Below, piece by piece: positions 1 to 10,552 of a stretch of DNA of 64,000 bases (position 1 is its first letter; every line of letters begins with the position of its first letter). The stretch comes from Terriglobia bacterium (lineage in GTDB: Bacteria > Acidobacteriota > Terriglobia > 2-12-FULL-54-10), in assembly GCA_963666975.2 (NCBI GenBank), contig CAXVYR010000003.1, forward strand, positions 864,001 to 928,000, given 5' to 3'. The notes below the pieces were generated by a model. The model ran no database searches. It was not told the origin of the DNA and was given only the letters and a program-made list of their open reading frames with translations. Made by a program: the position numbers and the translations under genes.

Positions 1-1443
1 GTCCCATACATAGTTGAAGGTTGAACGGCGGTTCGGCCCGAATCGAATAGAATCGGGCCAAGCCTAAATCCTATAGAAGGAGAACCGCCGAATGAAGGGA
101 AAATATCACGTTTTGGAACTGGGTTCCAAGGGAGCCGAAGAAACCATCCAGAAGTTTTGCCAAACCAACGGACAGATGCTGTTGCCGGTGGTGGATCTGA
201 TCACGGAGGCGCGTCTGGCGGTGGATGAGGTGATTGATCGGGCCGGGCGAGGTTTGATTGAAACGATTCTGAGCATGAGCGCAGAGCAAATCGCGGGGCC
301 AAAGAGTCCCGGGAAGGCGAGCGGAGAGGTGCGCTGGCATGGCCGGCAATTGGGGAGGGTGAAACTGGCCGATCGCCAGCTGCGGGTGGAGCGGCCCCGG
401 CTGCGCCGGAAGGGCGGAGGGGAAGAAGCGGTGCCGGCCTACGAAGCGCTGCGGAAAAGCGAGAAGACGGGCGAGGAGATGTTCGTGGCACTGTTGAAAG
501 GGGTTTCGACGCGGAACTACCGCGAGGTGATCCCGGAGATGGCCAACAGCGCTGGGGTGTCGAAGTCTCAGGTGAGCCGGGAAGCGGCCGAGCAAGGAGC
601 GCGGCGGCTGGAAGAACTGTTGGCGCGGCGCTGGGAGGAGGTCGAGATTCTGGTGATTTACCTGGACGGAATGCGGTTCGGCTCCCACCACGTCATCAGC
701 GCCGTGGGCGTGGACATCGAGGGCCGCAAGCATGTGCTGGGGATTCAACTGGGCGCGACCGAAAACGCCGCTGCGGTGAAAGACCTTCTCACCCGCCTGC
801 GCCAGCAAGGTTTGCGCACGGATCAGCGCTATCTGTTTGTGATCGACGGCGCCAAAGCGCTCCGCGCGGGGATCGAGGAAGTATTCGGCAGCAATCAGCT
901 GGTGCAGCGTTGCCGTACTCATAAGCTGCGCAACGTGGCTGAGCGGTTACCAAAGGGCGACAAAATGCTGGCGAATCAGGTGCGGTCGCTGATGCGCGCC
1001 GCCTGGCGATTGCCCCAAGCCGAGGAAGGCATCGTGCGCATAAAAAAGCTCGCTGGGATGATCGAGTGCGATCATCCGGCAGCAGCCGCCAGTTTGCGCG
1101 AAGGGTTGGAGGAGACCTTTACGATCAATCGAGCCGACGTTCCTCCCAGCCTCCACCGCTGCCTGGCAACCACGAACCTCATCGAGAGCCCGCAGTCGGG
1201 CGTGCGGAAAAAGACTGGCAATGTTTGCCGCTGGCGCGACGGCGAGATGACGTTGCGCTGGGTGGCAGGAGCGTTTCTGCTGACCGAGAAGAATTTCCGG
1301 AAGATCATGGGTTATCACGATCTCTGGGCTTTGGCATCGATTCTCGGCCGAAGTCCAAACGCTGCTTCCTCTCACAAGGAGAAAGTGGCGTAATATGAAC
1401 TCAACCCGCCGTCCCAACCTGCAACTGAGTTTGGGACACCTTC
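1..1443 (+). mobile_element. IS256-family insertion sequence, copy 1 (left end clipped by window)
   Basis: Imperfect terminal IRs (gagggt)gtcccatacatagttgaagg / cctgcaactgagtttgggacaccttc; near-identical to four other copies in the window. Confidence 0.95.
92..1393 (+). CDS. IS256-family (Mutator-like DDE) transposase
   Basis: 433 aa; GVSTR, IYLDG, FVIDGAKAL, QRCRTHKLRN and TTNLIES motifs typical of IS256. Confidence 0.95.
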   Translation: MKGKYHVLELGSKGAEETIQKFCQTNGQMLLPVVDLITEARLAVDEVIDRAGRGLIETILSMSAEQIAGPKSPGKASGEVRWHGRQLGRVKLADRQLRVERPRLRRKGGGEEAVPAYEALRKSEKTGEEMFVALLKGVSTRNYREVIPEMANSAGVSKSQVSREAAEQGARRLEELLARRWEEVEILVIYLDGMRFGSHHVISAVGVDIEGRKHVLGIQLGATENAAAVKDLLTRLRQQGLRTDQRYLFVIDGAKALRAGIEEVFGSNQLVQRCRTHKLRNVAERLPKGDKMLANQVRSLMRAAWRLPQAEEGIVRIKKLAGMIECDHPAAAASLREGLEETFTINRADVPPSLHRCLATTNLIESPQSGVRKKTGNVCRWRDGEMTLRWVAGAFLLTEKNFRKIMGYHDLWALASILGRSPNAASSHKEKVA

Positions 1444-1452
1444 GATAATGTT

Positions 1453-1630
1453 GACACAGAGCATAAAAAGATAAGGTGGCGTTCAGGCTCCTCTGGGTTG
1501 ATGTTAGGCTGCCCTTCTTTTGAAGTGCAACCGTTTTCTTCAAGACACAGAGCATAAAAAGATAGGTGGCGTTCAGGCTCCTCTGGGTTGATGTTAGGCT
1601 GCCCTTCTTTTGAAGTGCAACCGTTTTCTT
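1453..1630. repeat. Tandem duplication of ~90 bp (3' end of IS3 orfB)
   Basis: gacacagagcataaaaagat...aaccgttttctt at 1453-1540 and 1544-1630. Confidence 0.9.
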
Positions 1631-2577
1631 AAGATCATAGTTTTCTCTTTGATGCGATCCCGTTTTTGCAGGATGGCACTGCCTTGGCCTGTAAAAACGT
1701 CATACGGTGTCAGGTTGTTCAGGCTTTCATGGTATCGGTTGGTGTTGTAGTGGTTGACGAAGGCATCGATCTGCCGCTCCAGCTCTTCTGGCAGGTAATA
1801 GTTGTTGAGCAGGATGCGGTCTTTCAGAGTTCGGTGCCAGCGTTCGATCTTGCCCTGCGTCATGGGGTGATAGGGCTTGCCGCGAGTATGCGGCACGCTG
1901 TTTTCTGCCAGCCATGATTGCAGTTCGGAAGAGACGTAGCACGGCCCGTTGTCGCTCAGGAGGCGAGGTCTGTGCCGGGCGCCCACGCGGTCGAGGCCGG
2001 TGGCTTGCAAAGCATCCCGCAACGTGGCCGAGACGTCACTTGCGCTCATGGTTTTGCACAGCCGCCAGGCGATGATATAGCGCGAGAAGTCGTCCAGCAC
2101 CGTGGACAGGTAGAACCAGCCCCAACCGATGACTTTCAGGTAGGTGAAGTCGGTCTGCCAGAGCTGGTTGACCGCCGTGGTCGGGTTGGCGAACCGTTCC
2201 GCCGCTTTCAGGACAATAAAGGCTGGCGCGGTAATCAGGTCATGGCTTTTCAGGACGCGGTAAACCGTCGATTCAGAAAGGTAATACCGCCTTTCCTCGG
2301 TAAAACGCACCGCCAGCTCGCGTGACGACAGATCGGGCTCGGCCAGGGCTAACGTCACCAACTGCTGAGTTATCTCCTCCGGCACCTTGTTCCAGACAGG
2401 GCCAGGATCGGGTTTTTTGTCTTCCAGCCCATCAAAGCCTTCCGACACATAGCGGTCGTACCAGTTGTAAAACGTCGATCTGGGAATGCCAACCTGCTGC
2501 AGCGTCCGGCGCACCCCCAGGGCAGATTGCTCCACCGTGCAGATGATCTCCAGCTTCTCCGAGGCAGGGTATCTCAT
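1594..2577 (-). CDS. IS3-family transposase OrfB (rve DDE integrase domain)
   Basis: WQTDFTY, LDDFSRY, LSDNG and QGKIERWHRTLK motifs. Confidence 0.92.
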   Translation of the reverse strand: MRYPASEKLEIICTVEQSALGVRRTLQQVGIPRSTFYNWYDRYVSEGFDGLEDKKPDPGPVWNKVPEEITQQLVTLALAEPDLSSRELAVRFTEERRYYLSESTVYRVLKSHDLITAPAFIVLKAAERFANPTTAVNQLWQTDFTYLKVIGWGWFYLSTVLDDFSRYIIAWRLCKTMSASDVSATLRDALQATGLDRVGARHRPRLLSDNGPCYVSSELQSWLAENSVPHTRGKPYHPMTQGKIERWHRTLKDRILLNNYYLPEELERQIDAFVNHYNTNRYHESLNNLTPYDVFTGQGSAILQKRDRIKEKTMILRKRLHFKRRAA

Positions 2578-2945
2578 GTATGTTCCTCCCCATCCCCGAT
2601 CACGCTTTTTTTTAGCAGGCGATTTTCCAGCATAGCCTCGGCCAGGGCCTCTTTCAGCTGTACGGCCTGCTCCCGCAGAGTCTTGACTTCGCCACTGGTT
2701 GCCTCACGGTCTATGTCGCCCGCCAGCCGCTTGCGGCCAGCCTCCAGAAACTCCTTGCTCCAGCGGTAATACTGGTTCTGGTGCAGCCCCTCGCGGCGGC
2801 ACAGCTCCGCGATGCTGTCCTCGCCGCGAAGTCCCTGCAATACAATGCGGATTTTGTCTTCCGGGCTGAACCTGCGCCGCGTCCTGCGTTTGATCTCCCG
2901 GACGGCCTTCTCGACCGCCCCCCTGTCGTCTTGTTTTTGTCTCAT
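2574..2945 (-). CDS. IS3-family transposase OrfA (HTH)
   Basis: HTH SIAELCRREGL...YYRW; CTAAAAAAAAGC near 2606-2613 is the likely -1 frameshift site. Confidence 0.9.
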   Translation of the reverse strand: MRQKQDDRGAVEKAVREIKRRTRRRFSPEDKIRIVLQGLRGEDSIAELCRREGLHQNQYYRWSKEFLEAGRKRLAGDIDREATSGEVKTLREQAVQLKEALAEAMLENRLLKKSVIGDGEEHT

Positions 2946-3040
2946 CTTCGTTCCTTTCAGTCTCTACGATGAGCCAAAAACATCACCTTAACTATTACCC
3001 TCTACCTGTCCAACAAGCCCTGACGGGGCACACTAAAAAG

Positions 3041-3186
3041 ATGAGTTCCGAGCAGGAGACGGCAAGGCGCCGTCAGTAATGACTTAAGTGTTTTTTCCTG
3101 GAGAGTCGGCGACATGAGTTCCGAGCAGGAGACGGCAAGGCGCCGTCAGTAATGACTTAAGTGTTTTTTCCTGGAGAGTCGGCGAC
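3041..3186. repeat. Exact 73-bp tandem duplication beside IS3 left end
   Basis: atgagttccgagcagg...gagagtcggcgac at 3041-3113 and 3114-3186. Confidence 0.9.
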
Positions 3187-3574
3187 AATACGTCCCATTG
3201 AAAGGCGGATCGGTAAACACTACGCCGTTACAGAGGATCTATCGCCGTTGCTGGGCGAGATCGACTCTTCCCAGAACCGGACTGGGAGACCGCTTTGCAA
3301 GATTCTGGCGAGAGCGTCGATTCCGCTGCACTGGATCGGCGGATAGTTTCCGAGTACTCCGTTATCCGGACGGAATGGATCGTCGGTAAACATAAGGCGA
3401 CTTTCGAGGACCTATTTCCTCGAACGCCGTATCGGGACTGCAGACGACTAAGGCGGCAGGCCGCACTATTGTTTCCGAGTGGGCGACCACTCGGACAGAA
3501 TCACGCCCTTCACATTTGCGGTCTTGACCGATCAAACAACACGCTGCTTCAGCTCTTCAAACCAGTTATTCCAG

Positions 3575-4918
3575 TCAGTCCACCAGAAGAAGCCCGCGGA
3601 TTTCGACCGCGGTGCGCCACAAATTCTCCAACGCGCCGACGTAGTCCACCTGCAACTGAGAGAGCGTCCGCTGAGCGATGAGCACTTGCGGGTAGGCAGC
3701 AGCCATCTGTCTGTAGCTGCTCAAATACAGGTCGTAGGCTTGTTGCACCCGGGGAAGCATTTCGTTCCGATACTTGTCCACAAGGGCCACGGAGTCGCCA
3801 TAGTTCCTGTAGGCGACCGCCAGGCGCGCCCGCAAAGACAGCTTTACCCGCTCGACCTCCAGTCTGGCGCGTTCCAACTCGGCCCGCGCCGATTCCACGT
3901 TTCCCTGGTTGCGGTCAAACAGCGGTATCCGTATGCCAGCATCGACAAAACCTTCCAGACCCACCGGCCGACGCCCGATCTCGAGCAGTTCCCGGTTGTT
4001 GCGAAGCCCTCCGCGCACAACGAGGTTGGGAATCCACTCCACCCGGGCACGCTGCAAGGCTTGTTCGGCTCGCGCCACACCCGCTTGAGCGATTTGGACT
4101 TCTGGGCTTTCCCGAAAAAGGGTCTCCAGAGCGCTGTCGAATTCCACCTCTGGCACAGGGTCTTCCAGGCTTCCCGCCAACGGGGCCGAACGCAGTGAGT
4201 GAACCCCCACAGCGGCAGCTAACTCGCGCCAGATGCGTCCGCGATCATTTTGCGCTGCGATCAAAGCCAGCTCTGCCAGTTGCGACTCCACCTCCGCCGC
4301 TAAAAAGTCAGGTCGGTCCGCCTGGCCGACGTTGTAAAGTTGTTGCGAGATATTCACTGCCTCGCGAGTAAGGTCAGCGAGGTTGCCCCGCAGCTCGACC
4401 AACCGCTCGGCTCCCAAGGCTTGGTAGTAGAGGATACGGACTCTATTCAGCACCCGGTACTGCTGCATTTCCGCTGCGGCCTCGGCCCGTATCTCTTCCT
4501 GGGCGAAGACACTACGGCTGAGTCGAAGTTTGCCGCCCGTGACGATCTCCTGCTCCAGGAAGAAACCGTGCTCACCGCCTCGAATAGTTGGCCCCGTGGC
4601 GACCTCGTCGGCCGTGTAACCCACGCTGGGGTTGGGGTAGAGGCCCGCCTGGATCGTTTGCCCGCGCGCCGCTCGGACTCGGGCGGCCGCCTGGGCCACC
4701 GTCGGGTTGTGCTGCAGGGCCATCTGTTCCAACTCTTCGAGGCGCAAAGCAGGGCTGGCAGGTTCCTGCTGGTTTCCCCCAGCTACATCAGCCTGCATAG
4801 CCACCTCAACTCCGTCTTTGGCCGGCGAACCGCTGCCGGCGGCCTTCCCCGGCAATGGGGCACCCATGCTCATGTAGGCAACACACAACACCAACAACAT
4901 TCCTGACCAGCATTTCAT
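3575..4918 (-). CDS. TolC-family outer membrane efflux protein (heavy-metal/copper cluster)
   Basis: ALQHNP, AGLYPNP, IPLFDRNQGN and coiled-coil OEP repeats; signal peptide; GAGGAG RBS before ATG 4918. Confidence 0.88.
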   Translation of the reverse strand: MKCWSGMLLVLCVAYMSMGAPLPGKAAGSGSPAKDGVEVAMQADVAGGNQQEPASPALRLEELEQMALQHNPTVAQAAARVRAARGQTIQAGLYPNPSVGYTADEVATGPTIRGGEHGFFLEQEIVTGGKLRLSRSVFAQEEIRAEAAAEMQQYRVLNRVRILYYQALGAERLVELRGNLADLTREAVNISQQLYNVGQADRPDFLAAEVESQLAELALIAAQNDRGRIWRELAAAVGVHSLRSAPLAGSLEDPVPEVEFDSALETLFRESPEVQIAQAGVARAEQALQRARVEWIPNLVVRGGLRNNRELLEIGRRPVGLEGFVDAGIRIPLFDRNQGNVESARAELERARLEVERVKLSLRARLAVAYRNYGDSVALVDKYRNEMLPRVQQAYDLYLSSYRQMAAAYPQVLIAQRTLSQLQVDYVGALENLWRTAVEIRGLLLVD

Positions 4919-5034
4919 TGGGGATCTCCTCTTCGTTATGCATGCAATGTTTCGCTTGTAGATGACGCCCCTATGTTCAGCGGTTCGCATCGATATTCTT
5001 TTCCCACCAAGGATTTTTGGGAGCGCCTTCCCGC

Positions 5035-6470
5035 TCACATGCTGTGTTGATGCTCGGGTGGCATGGGTGACGGGGCCTCTTTGCGCCCCTGGGCTTGAAG
5101 TTCCTTCACCTTTTCATACAAATCGGGTGGCAGAACACGGACGAGGGTCATCATCCCCTGCACGCCGCCGCTCCAAGTCGGCCGCAGACCGTAGGTCTCG
5201 GGTTTGGCGACCATCTCGTCCATGGGCATGAACATGTCCTGCGGATAGCCGGGCACCATTTGCGGCTCGCCGTGCTGCATGTCGTGTTGCATCCCCTGTC
5301 CAGCGCTTTGTTGAGGCTGGAGTGGCAGGTTGGTGGTGGCCTTCTCGAAGGCTGCGCCCAGGCCGATGGCCCGCCCCAAACTGGGCCCGAGTTCCTCCGC
5401 CAAGGCGTGTCCTTGCTGCACCATGCCCATGCCATCCTCCATGCCCATGCCTGTGTGCATGCCCTGTCCGACGTGCGACATGGGACCGACCATCGAGGCC
5501 ATTTGGTTCATCATGTGGTGAGGCAGGTGGCAGTGGAAAATCCAGTCGCCCGAATACTTGGCGTCGAACTCGATGTCCCGGGCCTGGGCGACGCCCAAGA
5601 GCACTGTATTGGTCGGATACCAGGCCGACTCCGGAATGCGTCCTCCCTCTGTACCTGTTATGTTGAACTGGTGGCCGTGCAGGTGAATGGGGGATGGTCC
5701 ATTCCCAGATTGACCAAGCGGATGCGCACCCGCTCCCCCTGCTTCACGATGATCGGAGTGGTCGCGGGACCGGCCTTCCCGTTCATGGTGAGCCAGTTGA
5801 ACTCCATCGACAGAGTATTGGGCACGGGATTGTTGGGAAGGATCGCCCATTCTTGGACGATGATCCCGAAGTCCTTGTGCACGCGTGGCCGGTAGGACTC
5901 CTTGGGATGCATGATGAAGAGGCCGATCATCCCCAGCATTTCCTGCATCGCCATGTGGGAGTGGTAGAAGAACGTTCCATGCTGGTGCAGCGTGAACTCA
6001 TAAATGAACCGCCCGCCCGGAGGGATGGGGTCTTGGGTCACCCCGGGCACGCCGTCCATCTCCACCGGAATCTCGAAGCCGTGCCAATGCACGGAGGTTG
6101 GCTCGGGCAGGTGATTGTCCACGATGATCCGCACCCGGTCGCCCTGGTCAACCTCGATGGTAGGGCCGGGCATAGAGCCGTTAAAACCCCAAACGTCGAA
6201 TGTTTTTCCCGGCAGAAACTCCCGCTTCACCACCTCGGCGACCAGGTGGAAGACCTTGACGCCGTTCTCGATCCGCGACGGAAGCTTCGGGAGATCGGGC
6301 GTTTCGACGGGCAGCGGCAGCGGTCCTGACACCGACTGCTCCGTAGCCCCCCTGCTGTTTTCCTGGGGGTCCTGGCCGGCTTGGTTGTTCTTTGCGATGG
6401 CCCGGCCGGAGAATAATCCGGTTGCCAAGAACGCGCCTCCACGGAGAAAGTCTCGTCTGCTTGCTTTCAT
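5035..6470 (-). CDS. Tat-exported multicopper oxidase, two cupredoxin domains, Met/His-rich tail; split by a frameshift near 5693
   Basis: SRRDFL Tat motif; HWHG, YHSH, (H)PIHLHGH and HCHLPHHM copper ligands across ORFs 5658-6470 and 5035-5850. Confidence 0.88.
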
Positions 6471-6533
6471 CTTTTTTCCATCTCCTTTCGTCCAATCACA
6501 AACCGCTAGAGCGGTGGTTGTTTAGAATTGTGT

Positions 6534-7073
6534 TTAGTGATGATCCGGCTGCGATTCGGCGGCAGCGCCGCCGGATTGTCCGGCCGCTAGCTGTCCAAGG
6601 AACTCCAGCTCTTCAGGGGAAAGGCTCGGCAGCCGCCGGATGAACGAGACCAACTGCCAGATCTCTTCGGGGCTGTCTCCGTCAGCCGAGGCAGGCATCC
6701 CCGTAAAACGAATGCCGTTGCTGATGATGTAGTAGAGCTCACCATCGCTCAGCTCCTGTGTGTTTGCCTCCCTCAAGTCTGGCACTTTAGGGTAGAGGTT
6801 CCTGCCGATGACGGTGTCACCGCTTCCCTCCAGAGCGTGGCAGCTGGCACAGTGATCCACCCAATGCTTGCGCGCTGACTCCAGGCTCTCAGCCGTATCC
6901 GGGTTGGGATTCTTTTGTTCTTTTGCGCCGGCTGGAGTAGCGAGCTTCCGTGCGTGTCGCGCTAAAAACTCCTCCAACCGGGATGGTTCTTCTCGAGCGC
7001 TGAAGCCATAGCGGAGGGTGGTCACACCCAAATACGTCAGCCCGGCCAATACCGCCAGGGCTATTGCAATCAT
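6534..7073 (-). CDS. Membrane-anchored monoheme cytochrome c
   Basis: CASCH, SDGELYYIISNGIRFTGMP; N-terminal TM helix. Confidence 0.88.
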   Translation of the reverse strand: MIAIALAVLAGLTYLGVTTLRYGFSAREEPSRLEEFLARHARKLATPAGAKEQKNPNPDTAESLESARKHWVDHCASCHALEGSGDTVIGRNLYPKVPDLREANTQELSDGELYYIISNGIRFTGMPASADGDSPEEIWQLVSFIRRLPSLSPEELEFLGQLAAGQSGGAAAESQPDHH

Positions 7074-7127
7074 GACCTTTGTTCGCTAACGCATAGATTT
7101 TCCTTTCTTTGGGAGATATCCACACCC

Positions 7128-7617
7128 TTACAAGGTCCGAAGATAGGCTATCAGGTCGTCAATCTGCTCTTTGGAGAGAACGTCCTTCATAGGAGGCATC
7201 GAGCCGGTACCCTCTTCAATCTGCTTCCGAATGGTTGGCTCGTCATGATGGGCCATTTCCGTTCCGTCGGCCCTCTTGTGCGCAGCCATGTGGAACAGGC
7301 CCTTCAATCCCGGTCCCACTTTCGCCGTGTTGGATTCCGCTTCATGACAGAGCTCGCAATGTTGCTGGAAAAGCTCTTTGCCTTTCGATGCATTTCCTTT
7401 GCTGGCCACCGTCGCAGTCTTCTTTGCCTCACTCCCCTTTTGGGCCGTAGCGGCCTTGGAGGTCTCGTCATGGGAGTGCGTAGAACCCTCATCATGAGAG
7501 TGCGTAGCGCCCTCATTGTGAGAGTGATCTTCTTGGAGTCGCGCCGCGCCCACAGTTAAAACGAAAAAAAAATACAAACGCTCCAATAGAAAAACAACTC
7601 AGTCTTCTCAGACCCAT
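7128..7617 (-). CDS. Cytochrome c with His-rich N-terminus (signal peptide probably frameshifted at a poly-A run)
   Basis: CELCH, GPGLKG, MPPM; three HSH(N/D)E repeats. Confidence 0.8.
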
Positions 7618-7697
7618 TTCTTCCTCCAGATGAAAAAATGCCAAGCCTTGCTGCCAAAGCAAAGCTTCCAATTTGAACGGGAATTTCCTGTTTTTAG

Positions 7698-8081
7698 CTA
7701 GATTCGGAGGACGAGGGGGATTGGCTTTGGAGAGGACAAGCGGGACAATTCGACTGGGGCGATGCGTTCTACGGGACCGCTGTGCCCCACTTCCAGTTCA
7801 CTTTCCGGTAATCCCAGCAGATCAACCGCCGTTAGAAACTGTACCGAGACCACTGCATGTTGCTGGGCGATACATTGCGTCTCCAGCCCGGATGGGGAAT
7901 GATGGTCTGCTGGCGAGGCCGGGATGCCGTGATGATGATTTTCTTTCTCGTGTGAGGACAGATCTGCCAAAGACGAGGACGCCGTTTGCACGGGCTCGCT
8001 GTGGAATTCACACGCAAGTGCGGATAATGGGCTCACCGCCATCACTACCGCTACCAGCGAATTGACTAGTTTCCACTGCAT
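7698..8081 (-). CDS. Small secreted His/Cys-containing protein, possibly metal-binding
   Basis: Signal peptide ending ALAC; HHHG and DHH; C-terminal P..LRI; first gene of the copper cluster. Confidence 0.5.
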   Translation of the reverse strand: MQWKLVNSLVAVVMAVSPLSALACEFHSEPVQTASSSLADLSSHEKENHHHGIPASPADHHSPSGLETQCIAQQHAVVSVQFLTAVDLLGLPESELEVGHSGPVERIAPVELSRLSSPKPIPLVLRI

Positions 8082-8159
8082 CTTGATATATGAAGAGAGG
8101 TTACCAGTTGCGGTTGCCATTGTCCAAAAAATTTGAGTAGCCTTAGAGAGAGGTCCCTC

Positions 8160-8395
8160 AGATAAGCGATGCGAACTAAATGAAGGCCTCTTGTCGGAGC
8201 CGTGGGCCCGGCGGCAGCCCGGCGAGAACGCTCCCGCAGTTGAGGTTTATCTACAAGGTGAGAGGGCAGGACCTTGATGGCGACTGTTCTGTCCAGGCGG
8301 GTGTCTTTGGCTTTGTAGACCTCTCCCATGCCACCCGCACCTAGCGGGCTGAGGACCTCGTATGAGCCAAGACGAGCACCTGGGGATATGGGCAC
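8160..8395 (-). pseudogene. Chimeric remnant: Ser/Thr kinase N-terminus fused to a TruA-like C-terminal tail
   Basis: [26 protein letters not shown] then [20 protein letters not shown]. Confidence 0.7.
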
Positions 8396-8579
8396 GCTTT
8401 AACCCTGCCTAACTGAGAATAATGGGGAAAGATTACACGAGGGGAAAGGGGAAAGCCATTGGAACAACTGATGCGAAAAGGGATTGAACTAAGCGGAGGT
8501 GGCGTATACTTTATTCCCGGATTAAGTTAAAAACGGAAATTCTGGCTTAACCTGCGAACAAAAGCTGAGGGGGTAAATC

Positions 8580-10478
8580 ATGAAAAGCCAATGGGTTTGG
8601 CGAGTTGTGCTGATGGTGTGTGTCATTTGGGCTGGACAGGGCCTCGGCTGGGCTCAACAAGCCCCGGATACCGTTCTCTACAATGGCAAGATCGTGACCG
8701 TGGATGATCCTAGTTACACTTCCCGATTGGGCACAATCGCCCAGGCCATGCATGTCCGGGATGGCAAGATACTTCACGTGGGGACCAATGCACAGATTCG
8801 GGCTATGGCGGGGCCCAATACCAAGTTGATGGACCTGAAGGGGCGCACGGTGATTCCGGGACTGATTCTGACTCACGAACATCCTTATGACTGGAACCTG
8901 GTAGAACCTTGGCCCCTGAAAAAAGTTCTGGGAAATGACGACAAGGTCATCGTTCGGTTTCTAGAAGGCAGCCCGGAGGAAAACATTCAGGCCTTTCCCA
9001 GAGCGCTGGAGGAGGCTGTGCTAAAGGCTAGGCCGGGTCAATGGATCTATATCGTCTTTACCTTTGGCGAAAACTACGAGTGGGCTCCTGGTGGCAACAT
9101 CGGAATGGGACGGGGCGGCATGGATCCCAGGGTCTTCAACATCATGACGGAAAAACGGATCACCAAGCAAATGTTGGATATGGCGGCCCCGAACAATCCT
9201 GTCCTGTTGCGAGATGTCTTTACATCCATGATCTTTAACCAGAAGGGGCTGGAGGAAAGCCGCAAGGTGTTTCCGGAGGAGGACGTCAATAGTATCAAGG
9301 ACGAAGACGGACTCGGTGGCGCCAACCAGATGCGTTGGGCTTTTGCCGATGTGGTGATGAAAGACTTCTACCCCGAATTAGTGGAGATCATCCGTTTGGG
9401 GCATGAATGGTGGGCCGGCTATGGAATGACGAGTTACTCTTCCAATGCTTACAATCCGGGTACCCACAGAGTGTACGGGGACCTGGACCGACGAGGCCAA
9501 ATGCCGGTGCGAGTCGCCTGGACCTGGAACTGGAGGGCAGGTCACTACTATCCGGACGAGTACTTTCTCTATGACATGGCCAACCGTCTCGGCCAAGGTA
9601 CGGATTACTATTGGAATGTCGGTGGCAGAAACGGAGCAGGCGGCCGCTGCACCACCTTGGTGCCAATCAAGGATGTTCCGGTCGTAGAGGGAGTGATGGG
9701 CAGTTTGACTGATTGCGTCTACGACCCGGGCAACAGGGCTGCCCAGTTCCTTTACGATTGGATCAAAGCAGGAAATCGTTACGCTGGTGCTCATCATGGA
9801 GCTGACAAGGATGTAGATAACGTCATGGACATCATCGAACGAGCCAGCAAGGATGCCGGGCTTACGGAGGAGCAAATCCGTGCCAAGCGGCACACGGTGG
9901 ACCACAGCGGGTTGTTTCCGCGGCCCGACCAGGTGGACCGGCTAAAGAGACTGAACATGGCCCTCGATGGGAATGCATTTGAAATTTATCAGGCTTCCCC
10001 CGCCGTTTTTGAGACATTCGGAGAAAGAGCACTCGGCTGGGTGGTACCAAAGAAACGGCTCAACGAGGCGGGAATTATTAACACGTTTGAGATGGATCGA
10101 GCCCTTGGAACCACCAACATCACCCTCTTTGAGGGACTTTCTTGGTTCATGACTCGGAAAGCCTGGGATGGAAAAGTCTACTCACCAGACCAAGCCATTG
10201 ATCGTCAGACGGTTCTGAAAGTCGCCACCATTCGTGGGGCTGAATTTGTGCTGCGCGAGGACTTGTTGGGTTCGTTGGAGCCGGGCAAATGGGCCGACTT
10301 CCTGGTCCTGGACCGGGATTACCTGACGGTGCCGGAAGAGGACATCGAGAACATTCGTGTCCTGATGACGGTGCTCGGTGGCAAGACCATTCATCTGGCT
10401 CCCTCCCTGGCGCGGGAGATCGGGATGCCGCCTGCGGGCGCTCAGGTGACGCTCGGTGGACCGGCTGCGCAATGGTAA
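8580..10478 (+). CDS. Secreted amidohydrolase, Amidohydro_3/YtcJ-like (paralogue A)
   Basis: Signal peptide; NGKIVT, DLKGRTVIPG..THEH, GSLEPGKWADFLVLD. Confidence 0.9.
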   Translation: MKSQWVWRVVLMVCVIWAGQGLGWAQQAPDTVLYNGKIVTVDDPSYTSRLGTIAQAMHVRDGKILHVGTNAQIRAMAGPNTKLMDLKGRTVIPGLILTHEHPYDWNLVEPWPLKKVLGNDDKVIVRFLEGSPEENIQAFPRALEEAVLKARPGQWIYIVFTFGENYEWAPGGNIGMGRGGMDPRVFNIMTEKRITKQMLDMAAPNNPVLLRDVFTSMIFNQKGLEESRKVFPEEDVNSIKDEDGLGGANQMRWAFADVVMKDFYPELVEIIRLGHEWWAGYGMTSYSSNAYNPGTHRVYGDLDRRGQMPVRVAWTWNWRAGHYYPDEYFLYDMANRLGQGTDYYWNVGGRNGAGGRCTTLVPIKDVPVVEGVMGSLTDCVYDPGNRAAQFLYDWIKAGNRYAGAHHGADKDVDNVMDIIERASKDAGLTEEQIRAKRHTVDHSGLFPRPDQVDRLKRLNMALDGNAFEIYQASPAVFETFGERALGWVVPKKRLNEAGIINTFEMDRALGTTNITLFEGLSWFMTRKAWDGKVYSPDQAIDRQTVLKVATIRGAEFVLREDLLGSLEPGKWADFLVLDRDYLTVPEEDIENIRVLMTVLGGKTIHLAPSLAREIGMPPAGAQVTLGGPAAQW

Positions 10479-10552
10479 GCGGCCCCGGGCACCGGTTTGT
10501 CGCTGAAGTTCGGCGAAGATGAGGGACGATCCCTGGAGGAAAGCGACCCGAC

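Larger units (their letters stand above)
1453..3032 (-). mobile_element. IS3-family insertion sequence, right end probably truncated by IS256
   Basis: orfA/orfB pair with A8 slippery run; 5'-TG end tgtgccccgtcagggcttgttggaca at 3032. Confidence 0.85.

Noticed and set aside
71-922. 283-aa antisense ORF recurring in every IS256 copy, and other shadow ORFs
   Set aside because: It recurs only because the IS is repeated; reverse-frame ORFs are expected in GC-rich DNA
1453-3186. Tandem duplications of ~90 bp and 73 bp as CRISPR or functional repeats
   Set aside because: Only two units each, no spacers, both at IS junctions; more likely assembly or polishing artefacts
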